DNA of 64,000 bases from Bosea sp. (in: a-proteobacteria) (GTDB lineage: Bacteria; Pseudomonadota; Alphaproteobacteria; Rhizobiales; Beijerinckiaceae). Positions 46,272 through 53,245 of this stretch are shown in pieces. Made by a program: the position numbers and the translations under genes. Below the pieces are notes generated by a model. It had not been told where the DNA came from and made no database searches. It saw only the letters and a list, made by a program, of their open reading frames with translations. Positions within the stretch are counted from its first letter, which is position 1, and each line of letters opens with the position of its first letter. The DNA lies in assembly GCA_035998995.1 (NCBI GenBank), contig DASYHC010000112.1, positions 18,209-82,208 of the forward strand, in the 5' to 3' direction.

Positions 46272-48288
46272 CGGCACCTCCCATCACGACATTCATCTTG
46301 CGAAGGATCGCCTCCGCGGTCGCCACGCGCTCGGCGGCCACCGCGGCGATGGCGTGCTCGCCGGCGGCGCGGCCCTCGTCCCGAAGCCGGAGGTTCGTCG
46401 CGAGCCGCTCCTTCCAGAAGGGTTCGTGGGTCTCGGCGACGAGCAGGTTTGAGCAGGAGCAGCAGACGCCCGGCTGCCGGTGCGAATAGCGCGGCCGTCG
46501 CGCGGCGAGGTCGAAGGCGCCGACGGCCTGATGGTGGCAACGGGCGGTCTCCGGCCGGAACAGGCAGGCGCCCCATGCCGCCCCCCAGACGCGCACGTCG
46601 TCCTCCGCCACCGCGGAGGTGAGCCGGGCGAGGCGGTCGGCATCGGTGCCTTCGGTTCCCATCAGCGCCTCGATCGATCCGGCGTTCTCCCGGATCGTGT
46701 CGGCCATCTTGCCGGCGACGCGACCGGTCCCGTTGACGGCGTCGAACAGGAGGCGGGCGGCCTCGCGAGTCGCGACGTCGTCGAGCAGGCCTAGGAGCTC
46801 GGGGTCCGATCCGAGGTATCCCTGCTCAGTCATGGCCAGGGACATGTGCTTGAAGTGGTCGGACAAGGCGGGCAGCAACCTCTCGTCCGAGCGGACGACG
46901 TATTGCGCGAAGGACTTGCGCCATTGGTGTGTGCTCAAACGCCAATCCCGGAAGCCGTCCGGCAAGTCCACGAAGTCTCGCATGAACCGGACCTGGCCTT
47001 CGCGTAGGTCGTCGCTCAATACGCCGGCGGGCCGGGACTCGGCCGCCGGGTCGTGCCAGAAGGCTCTGGACGACAGGATGAGGTCCGACAGGCTCCGCGC
47101 TTCGCGCCAACGCCGGAAAAGGCGCTCCAGCACCAGGATCGCCTCGACGGGCGGCGGGATCACCGCCGTGCCGACCGGGCGGGAGCCCGCCACCCACTCG
47201 ACCTCCTGCCATTGGTGCCGTCCCTTGAAGACGCGACCGCGGACGTAGAAGATCTCGTTGAGGCCGCTCGCCGAGGGCCTGACCTCTACGCAGGCCGGCC
47301 AGCCCGTTTCCGGATCGACCGGCTCGGCCTTCAGGCCGGCGACCTCGCTGATGCGCATCCCGAGCATGGACTGGAGCACGATGGTGCACGCCGAGCGCAG
47401 GTCGTGGATGAGCCGGCGCATGCGCCGGATCTCGCTTAGTTCCAGCTCCTCGCCCGACTTAGTCCATCCAAGCAACGGATCGATCGCGGGGTTGCGGTCC
47501 TCGCTCCACATCCGGTTGAGGTCGCGATTGAGGCGGTAGCTGTAGGAATTGGACATGCGGGAGGTCTCGCCGTTCTTGGCGTGATAGGCCCGCGCCCACT
47601 CCACGATCAGGTCCGCGCGCTTCCCGAGCCAGCACAGGGCCTCGGGGACGACGGCGAGGAAGACGGGGTCCGGCACGGGCGGGATCGCCCCGGCGACCCG
47701 GGAGCCCAGCGTCCTCGCGACGGCGTAGGCGGCCTCGCCGCCAAAAGGATGCTCGGGCATGACCGCGCCGTCCGTGCCCGACAGCGCGGCGCGCTGTTCA
47801 TGGATGCGGACCAAGACGTCGAGATGGACGGCGAGCTTGATGGCCGTGACGTCTTCCTCCGAGCCGTTCGCCTTGTCGGCGACGAGATGCGCGACGAAGT
47901 CCCGCGCTAGATCGGCGTCGAGCTCCGCGAAGCTCGACACGCCCGCCGTCGCCATCCAGCGGACCAGGTAGCGAAGGCCGAACCCGATATCGGCGATCGT
48001 GGCGTCCTTGAGCTGCGCCCCGCGGTTGTTGGCCGATCTCAAGGACCAGACGAAGCGTCGGCACATTTCGAGCAGCCGGGACCACTTCGGATCGGTGAAG
48101 ACCGACCCGTCGGGCATGTCGAAGTCCCAGAGCACGACGGGCTCGCGCTTTCCCGCCGTTGTGGACGGAAATCGCCAAGAAGGATCTCCCCAGAGGCTCT
48201 TCGCGGAGACCTGGATGATACTGATCGGCATCCTCGCGATGCGCACGGGAGCCTGTTGGCGGTCGAGCGTGACGAGCCTGTTTACCAT
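46261..48288 (-). CDS. tyrosine recombinase C (large, 675 aa)
   Basis: SMLGMRISEVAGL (Arg I), STHQWRKSFAQY (H-x-x-R), DHFKHMSLAMTEQGYLG (His/Tyr). Cys-rich C-terminal tail (C..C-H-H...CCSC). Confidence 0.85.
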   Translation of the reverse strand: MVNRLVTLDRQQAPVRIARMPISIIQVSAKSLWGDPSWRFPSTTAGKREPVVLWDFDMPDGSVFTDPKWSRLLEMCRRFVWSLRSANNRGAQLKDATIADIGFGLRYLVRWMATAGVSSFAELDADLARDFVAHLVADKANGSEEDVTAIKLAVHLDVLVRIHEQRAALSGTDGAVMPEHPFGGEAAYAVARTLGSRVAGAIPPVPDPVFLAVVPEALCWLGKRADLIVEWARAYHAKNGETSRMSNSYSYRLNRDLNRMWSEDRNPAIDPLLGWTKSGEELELSEIRRMRRLIHDLRSACTIVLQSMLGMRISEVAGLKAEPVDPETGWPACVEVRPSASGLNEIFYVRGRVFKGRHQWQEVEWVAGSRPVGTAVIPPPVEAILVLERLFRRWREARSLSDLILSSRAFWHDPAAESRPAGVLSDDLREGQVRFMRDFVDLPDGFRDWRLSTHQWRKSFAQYVVRSDERLLPALSDHFKHMSLAMTEQGYLGSDPELLGLLDDVATREAARLLFDAVNGTGRVAGKMADTIRENAGSIEALMGTEGTDADRLARLTSAVAEDDVRVWGAAWGACLFRPETARCHHQAVGAFDLAARRPRYSHRQPGVCCSCSNLLVAETHEPFWKERLATNLRLRDEGRAAGEHAIAAVAAERVATAEAILRKMNVVMGGADAA

Positions 48289-48292
48289 CGTC

Positions 48293-50152
48293 TCACTCCA
48301 GATCCGGCAGCGGCGGCAAAGTCACCGACGAAGCCTTGTGCACCGTCGCGGCGGGGAACCGCGGCAGCCAAACCGACCGCAGGGCCTCGGCCTGGGGCAG
48401 CCAGACATCCATCCACCGGACGGGATGCACGCGCGACCGGGCGACTTCCATCTGCGCCGCAAGCTGGGACAGGCGCAGGAAAACCTTGGGATCGCCGACG
48501 TCGACGCAGGCGAGCGGACACGCCGGGCATTGCCCGTAGGCGGTGCAAGCCTGCCCATCGCGCTGACCGGGCAACGGCGAGAACAGCGGCTCGAAACAGG
48601 AGAAGCCCGGCGTCGCTGCGCTGCCCCGGCCAGCGTCGAGGAAGCCGTTTCGCGTGTCGGCACGACCGCCGGTGGCGACGAAGCGCTCCCGCCACGCCAT
48701 GGCGGTGGCGAGCGCCTCACGGCCACGCTCCCTCATGGTGGACGTCTCGTAGGAGCGGTGTGTCGTCGACACCGTAGCATGGCCCAGCAAGACCTGGTTC
48801 GCCTTGATGTCGCCTCCGCTCGCGATATCGACCAGATCGGATGCCGTCTTGCGCATCATCGACATCGTGAAGGCCGGCAGCCCATAGTCCGCGATGAAGG
48901 TGGCGAGGCCGCGATGCCAGAAACCGTCGCCGGCGGCGCCTTCCCCCGCGTCGAAGCCGCCATATGTCTCGGCGCGCGGGGTCCAGAAGACGAACACCCG
49001 GTCCCGGTGGCGCTCGTCCACGTGCCGGCGCGTGAAGCGGGTGAGCCGTTCCAGGGTCCGAAGCAAGTTGACCGGCGCCTCGGGGGCCGAGAGCCCTGCC
49101 GCAAATGAGCGGTAGTGCTTCCGCTTGGCTCGCGCCTTCCGCGCGCCGACCCGCCATCTCGCTTCGCCGAAAAGCGGATGGCTCCGTTCGACGTCATGCC
49201 ATTCCAAGGTCAACAGGCCTTCGGGGTTGAAGGCCCCGTCTATGGCCAGGAGCAATGCGAAGGGCACGATCGCGCGCGGCGAGAGATGCAGCGCGGACGC
49301 GACCTCCGCGTAGGAGCCGTAAGGGGACACCATCGAACGGGCGAGGCCGTAATCGCTCGCGGCGAGCAGGTCGCGCGCGGGGATGCGCGAGTCGTAGCGC
49401 TGGACGAGCGCGGCGAGCCGCACGACGGGGTCGCGATAGGGCGTTACGGAGCGGGCGCCGGGAGATGGCAACCTATCCGGAGACATCAGTTCGGCCCTGT
49501 CCGCGATCTCCATCCGCGCGACCGTCTCCGCGATATCGTCGATGCATGCCCTCCTGATCAGGGACAGGTCGAGATGGGAAACGGCCTCGCGCGGCCGGAC
49601 CTGACGGTGGTTCAGAGGCCAGGGATTGCGCCTGAAGCCGAAGTCCCGATCGCGGATGGGTGCGCCTCGCGCCGATGACCGCAGATGGTCGAACAGGTCC
49701 GCGACCGCACGGTAGCGCTGCGTCTTGGTCAGCCCCGACCAAGGTGTCCCATCCGACTCGCCGGTGTTCAGCCACGCCTCGAAGCGTGCGATCGCGTCCG
49801 CGTCGATGTCAGCCAACGTTTCGACGGACGAGCCTTCGAGCAGGAAGGCAAGAAAGGGGTTCAGGATCTTCGCGATGCCCTGCCGGGTCGACCGGGCGAG
49901 AAGCCCCTTGGTCGACAAGTACTCAGCGACGGCGAGACCGATGTCGCGCCTGATCAGCCAGTTCGATAGGTCGATCTCCTGCACGCCTCCGGCGCAGGTC
50001 GCGTCGCGGAAGCGCACCAACAGCCGATCCGGCTGCTCCACGACGCCGAAGATGACCGGCAGCCTCGCGGGAACCGCTTCCTTCGCCTTCGGCAGCAGAT
50101 GGGCGGGAACGGCGCGCCCGGCGCGTCGCCTGAGCGGTTCAGGCGAGCGCAT
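48293..50152 (-). CDS. tyrosine recombinase-family protein B (619 aa, atypical active site)
   Basis: MSMMRKTASDL and LLGHATVSTTHRSYE give a recombinase box II. Box I reads DGAFNPEGLL with no Arg. Cys-rich tail C..C..C..C. Confidence 0.75.
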   Translation of the reverse strand: MRSPEPLRRRAGRAVPAHLLPKAKEAVPARLPVIFGVVEQPDRLLVRFRDATCAGGVQEIDLSNWLIRRDIGLAVAEYLSTKGLLARSTRQGIAKILNPFLAFLLEGSSVETLADIDADAIARFEAWLNTGESDGTPWSGLTKTQRYRAVADLFDHLRSSARGAPIRDRDFGFRRNPWPLNHRQVRPREAVSHLDLSLIRRACIDDIAETVARMEIADRAELMSPDRLPSPGARSVTPYRDPVVRLAALVQRYDSRIPARDLLAASDYGLARSMVSPYGSYAEVASALHLSPRAIVPFALLLAIDGAFNPEGLLTLEWHDVERSHPLFGEARWRVGARKARAKRKHYRSFAAGLSAPEAPVNLLRTLERLTRFTRRHVDERHRDRVFVFWTPRAETYGGFDAGEGAAGDGFWHRGLATFIADYGLPAFTMSMMRKTASDLVDIASGGDIKANQVLLGHATVSTTHRSYETSTMRERGREALATAMAWRERFVATGGRADTRNGFLDAGRGSAATPGFSCFEPLFSPLPGQRDGQACTAYGQCPACPLACVDVGDPKVFLRLSQLAAQMEVARSRVHPVRWMDVWLPQAEALRSVWLPRFPAATVHKASSVTLPPLPDLE

Positions 50153-51614
50153 CGAGTCGCTCCTTCAAGAGGCGCGCGAAGGTGTCGGAGATCTCCGGCT
50201 CCCGGGTCTCGACGTGGCGCAGGTAGATGTCCTGGGTCGTGCTCAGGCGCTTGTGGCCCAGCCGCGCCTGGAGCTTCTTCCAGGGGGCGGGGTTGCCGGC
50301 CTGGATTTCGGCCCAATAGAATTGGCAGGCGAAGGTGTGCCGCAGGTCGTGAAAGCTGTGCTTCGCGACGTCGCGCGCTTCGAGGATCTCCTCGCCGTGT
50401 TCGTCGATGGCCGGCGACCCCGTCGAAGGATCGATCCGATAGGTGGTCTCCGTCCGCGTCAGCCCGGATGCGAGCACGGAGGCATGGAAGGCGCGCATCG
50501 CCGTCGCCGGCGACGTCTTGCCTCCGACGTCCCGGCTTGTGGATCGAATTCCGTTCAGGAAGAGCGCATTGGAGGCGTTGCGGCCACGCTGCTTCGCCGA
50601 CCTGACGACCGACGCGCGCTCGCCATCGATGTAGGCTAGCAGAGCCTTCACAAGGAAAGCTGGGATCACGACCGTGCGGGGAACCCCGCCCTTGGCGACG
50701 GTGATCCGCAAGGGCAAGGGCCGCCAGCGATCGGACAGGTCCTCGCCCCGTGCGACGTCGAGGATCTGGTAGATCGTCAGGCCGACGACTTCCTCAACGC
50801 GCATGCCGGTGTAGAGCGATGTCTCGGCGATCAGCCGGTCACGGGTCGCGCGAGCGTCGTTGTCGTCGATGTCGTATGGGGAGGCCCCTAAACCGTCGAG
50901 GATGGCCGTGAGGTCTCCCATCGCGATCGGGTTCACGTGCTCGTCCACCGCCGCCGGTCGTGGACGGAGAGGGCTCGCCGCGGCGACGCGGATGCCGCCG
51001 GTATGAGGCAGGAACGCCCTGTCGATGTCCACTAGGCGCTTGGTCCCCGCTTCCACGACAGGGCATTCCTCGACAAGGCCGTGCCGGTGCGACCAGCGAT
51101 ACAGCGCCTCGACCGTGCCGATCCGGCGCGAGATCGTCGCGGACGAAAAACGGCGGCCACGGGTGGATACCCCCTCGACCAAGGCTTGCGCATAGGCGCG
51201 CAGGTCATCCGCCCCTACCGCGTCCCATCCCAGGCCGTGCAAGCGCAGATACGTCCACCAATGGACGAGATCGTCGGCATAGGCGGTCTGGGTCTTCTGC
51301 CACCGTCCGCGGCGGGCGGGGACGTGGCAGTGGTCCAGCAGAAACAAGTTGGCCGGCTCGATAGGATTGAGATCGTCGTCGAAGAGCATGACGAACCCCG
51401 CCGGCGTGCGGAGTCCCCGCATGGTAGCGCCGTCGAAATCGCCGGCCTCGTCGACGGAGTAGTCGACGGCCCTGATGCGATGGATCGTCGCCATGGCGAA
51501 GTTCTGATTGTCGTTGTCGCCGTCCACGCCCCGCACCGCGCATTGCTTCCCGAGGCGAGAGACGTCGACGACGCTCGCGTTCCGTTCGGGTTCGATCCTC
51601 GCTCGGGCGACCAT
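50139..51614 (-). CDS. tyrosine recombinase A (491 aa)
   Basis: SLYTGMRVEEVVGL (Arg I), HSFHDLRHTFA (H-x-x-R), ARLGHKRLSTTQDIYL (His, Tyr). 14-nt overlap with the recombinase B start. Confidence 0.85.
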   Translation of the reverse strand: MVARARIEPERNASVVDVSRLGKQCAVRGVDGDNDNQNFAMATIHRIRAVDYSVDEAGDFDGATMRGLRTPAGFVMLFDDDLNPIEPANLFLLDHCHVPARRGRWQKTQTAYADDLVHWWTYLRLHGLGWDAVGADDLRAYAQALVEGVSTRGRRFSSATISRRIGTVEALYRWSHRHGLVEECPVVEAGTKRLVDIDRAFLPHTGGIRVAAASPLRPRPAAVDEHVNPIAMGDLTAILDGLGASPYDIDDNDARATRDRLIAETSLYTGMRVEEVVGLTIYQILDVARGEDLSDRWRPLPLRITVAKGGVPRTVVIPAFLVKALLAYIDGERASVVRSAKQRGRNASNALFLNGIRSTSRDVGGKTSPATAMRAFHASVLASGLTRTETTYRIDPSTGSPAIDEHGEEILEARDVAKHSFHDLRHTFACQFYWAEIQAGNPAPWKKLQARLGHKRLSTTQDIYLRHVETREPEISDTFARLLKERLDALA

Positions 51615-51637
51615 GACTCGCGCAGCTCCAGAAACCG

Positions 51638-52600
51638 TTACGATCGAGCCCGGCCCAAGGGCCGAATTCGGTCATGGTTATCGAAATCGAGGCCCGCGAG
51701 CGTCGTCGCAGGGGCGAGCGCCGTCGATCGCTCGATCAGTCTCGCCAACTCGACGGCCACCAAGGCGGCGTCGCGTGCGTGCTCGCTGCCGAGCGACACG
51801 GCCTGCGCCGACTTCAGCACGGCATGGGCTGTCGGATCGAGCGTCGCGACCGGCGCCGCCAGCCCGTCCCGTCCGACGACGAAGCCAGCGCGCGGCGCTC
51901 CTTCGAGCGCCGAGGAGACGGCCCGGATCGCGTCGAGCTCGGGGAGCGTGGCGATGAAGGCTTCCAGCACTTCCGAGGCGTCGTGGACGTGGATGCGGAG
52001 GCCGCTGGATCCGACGATGGCGGTGCCATCGGCGTGCCAGGCTTCGTCGGGCCGGGCCGCCCGAAGGGCTCCGCCAATCGAAGGCAGGACGTCCGACACC
52101 AACCCGTCCGGTACGAGAAGGTCGATGTCGGCCAGCTCTGCCTCGACCCGAACGCGGGCCTCGACGGCATGGGCGTGGGTGGCGCAGCCTCCTAGGAGCA
52201 TGCATGCCTGCCAGAGGCCCGCGCGGTCGAAGGCGCGAAAGACGTCGGCGACCGGTTGGGGCACCAGCGCGAGGCGGAACGCACGCGCGGCGCGCGACAC
52301 ATCGGCCATGCGGGGGCCGAGGCTGCGACGCTCGGCTGCGACGCTCTCGCGAGCGGCATAGAAATCGCCATACTCGGCCTCCGTCGCCGGCGAACGACGA
52401 CCGCGAGACCGCGCCTGCTTCTTCTTGGTGGTCGGATCGGTCCAGAAGCGGGTCAGGTAGTCCTGCCCGGCGACGTTCTTCCACTGAAAGCCGCCGCCCA
52501 ACCCTTCCTCGCGCTGAAGGAGGGATCGATGCAGGCGATCGACCGTCATCACGTCGTCGAGAACGCGAGACTGCTCGGCAGAGAAGGGAATGAAATGCAT
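51638..52600 (-). CDS. nucleotidyltransferase-fold protein (GSU2403-family-like, from memory)
   Basis: GGGFQWKNVAGQDYLTRFW...SRGRRSPATE...LLGGCATHAHAVE...ADIDLLV resembles that family as I recall it. ATG at 52600 or 52612. First gene of the recombinase operon. Confidence 0.5.
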   Translation of the reverse strand: MHFIPFSAEQSRVLDDVMTVDRLHRSLLQREEGLGGGFQWKNVAGQDYLTRFWTDPTTKKKQARSRGRRSPATEAEYGDFYAARESVAAERRSLGPRMADVSRAARAFRLALVPQPVADVFRAFDRAGLWQACMLLGGCATHAHAVEARVRVEAELADIDLLVPDGLVSDVLPSIGGALRAARPDEAWHADGTAIVGSSGLRIHVHDASEVLEAFIATLPELDAIRAVSSALEGAPRAGFVVGRDGLAAPVATLDPTAHAVLKSAQAVSLGSEHARDAALVAVELARLIERSTALAPATTLAGLDFDNHDRIRPLGRARS

Positions 52601-52641
52601 TTTGATACCCATAATGGATCGAACCAATATTGGGTATCAAA
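52601..52641. promoter_or_regulatory. perfect 11-bp inverted repeat flanking a T-loop-like core
   Basis: TTTGATACCCA-taatGGATCGAACCaatat-TGGGTATCAAA, directly at the 5' end of the recombinase operon. Confidence 0.6.
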
Positions 52642-52692
52642 TCGCTCCAGACAATGCGCGTCGCGGTTGTTCGTTAACGGGTGGTGAAGAAG

Positions 52693-52767
52693 TGGTCTGG
52701 GATCTCGGGATCGAACCGAGGGCCTGCACGCCCCAAACGCGCCGCTCTACCGCTGAGCTAATCCCAG
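52693..52767 (-). tRNA. tRNA-Pro (anticodon UGG), island-borne
   Basis: The minus strand folds as CTGGGAT TA GCTC AGCGGTA GAGC G GCGCG TTTGGGG CGTGC AGGCC CTCGG TTCGATC CCGAG ATCCCAG A CCA. C1-G72 and A73 are Pro identity elements. Confidence 0.9.
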
Positions 52768-52964
52768 GAAAGGGATCGCCGAAACGGAATTAGGAGTGTT
52801 CAGTCAAGGCGAGAGAAGGCGGGCGTCTGAGCACCTGCAATCTCGAAAAAGCCGTTCAGGATGAATGGAGTAGCGCCGATTGAACATGTGCAGAGCATGT
52901 TCAATAATTGCAGATCGCTGTGCGAACTGGGCGGCAAATTCAGGCCAGTGGTGGTGGAGGGGGA

Positions 52965-53006
52965 GATGATGGGCTGGACCCACATAAAGCAGTCCAGCCC
53001 ATCATC
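52965..53006. other. 15-bp perfect stem hairpin between the two island tRNAs
   Basis: GATGATGGGCTGGAC-N12-GTCCAGCCCATCATC. No U-tract, so function is unknown. Confidence 0.5.
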
Positions 53007-53052
53007 AGCAGAGCGGCGATTTCCAGCCAAGTGCTTGAAATCATTGACTTTT

Positions 53053-53130
53053 TGGTCGGAGTAGCAGGATTTGAACCTGCGACCCCATGTCCCCCAGACA
53101 TGTGCGCTAACCGGGCTGCGCTATACTCCG
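53053..53130 (-). tRNA. tRNA-Pro (anticodon GGG), island-borne replacement copy
   Basis: CGGAGTA TA GCGC AGCCCGGTTA GCGC A CATGT CTGGGGG ACATG GGGTC GCAGG TTCAAAT CCTGC TACTCCG A CCA. It differs from the split host copy only by compensated stem changes. Confidence 0.9.
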
Positions 53131-53154
53131 TCAAGGAAACCGCTCTGAAAACTC

Positions 53155-53177
53155 CTGAACACTTCGATCGCGTATAA
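53155..53177 (-). repeat. right terminal inverted repeat of the element
   Basis: Plus strand is ctgaacacttcgatcgcgtataa. See the left repeat at 41978-42000. Confidence 0.7.
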
Positions 53178-53178
53178 C

Positions 53179-53236
53179 GAACCTCCGACCCCTTGTCCCC
53201 CAGACAAGTGCGCTAACCGGGCTGCGCTACGCTCCG
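53179..53236 (-). pseudogene. 5' fragment (nt 1-58) of chromosomal tRNA-Pro(GGG)
   Basis: The minus strand reads CGGAGCG TA GCGC AGCCCGGTTA GCGC A CTTGT CTGGGGG ACAAG GGGTC GGAGG TTC and then breaks. Confidence 0.85.
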
Positions 53237-53245
53237 ACGGGTCGG

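Larger units (their letters stand above)
41978..53178 (-). mobile_element. GInt/Tn554-like integrative element with three tandem tyrosine recombinases, inserted in tRNA-Pro(GGG)
   Basis: Bounded by the two halves of one tRNA gene, a GAACC(T) duplication and 23-bp imperfect terminal inverted repeats. All genes are on the minus strand. Boundaries are good to +/-2 nt. Confidence 0.8.

Noticed and set aside
46261-51614. Classifying the three recombinases as a RIT (recombinase-in-trio) element.
   Set aside because: As I recall them, RIT recombinases are each roughly 300-400 aa and RIT elements carry long inverted repeats. Here the proteins are 491/619/675 aa with small accessory genes downstream, which fits GInt/Tn554-type modules better. 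Phylogeny is needed to settle this.
52796-52803. A third copy of GTGTTCAG, the inner 8-mer of the terminal repeats, near tRNA-Pro(UGG).
   Set aside because: Only the 8-mer matches. The adjacent positions do not resemble TTATACGC-N7, and a single 8-mer hit is expected by chance in 2 x 64 kb.
52800-53064. ORFs of 76 and 67 aa in the spacer between the two island tRNAs.
   Set aside because: The spacer is AT-richer and lacks the GC3 bias of local genes. The ORFs overlap each other on opposite strands, have no RBS and match no motif, so the region was treated as non-coding.
41953-53236. Classical tRNA-3'-end integration, with attL and attR as direct repeats of the tRNA 3' part and the tRNA regenerated.
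   Set aside because: The host 5' fragment ends in the T-loop and is not fused to an island-supplied 3' part. The intact tRNA next to it has a different 5' half (different acceptor and anticodon stems), so it is a separate gene and not a hybrid.
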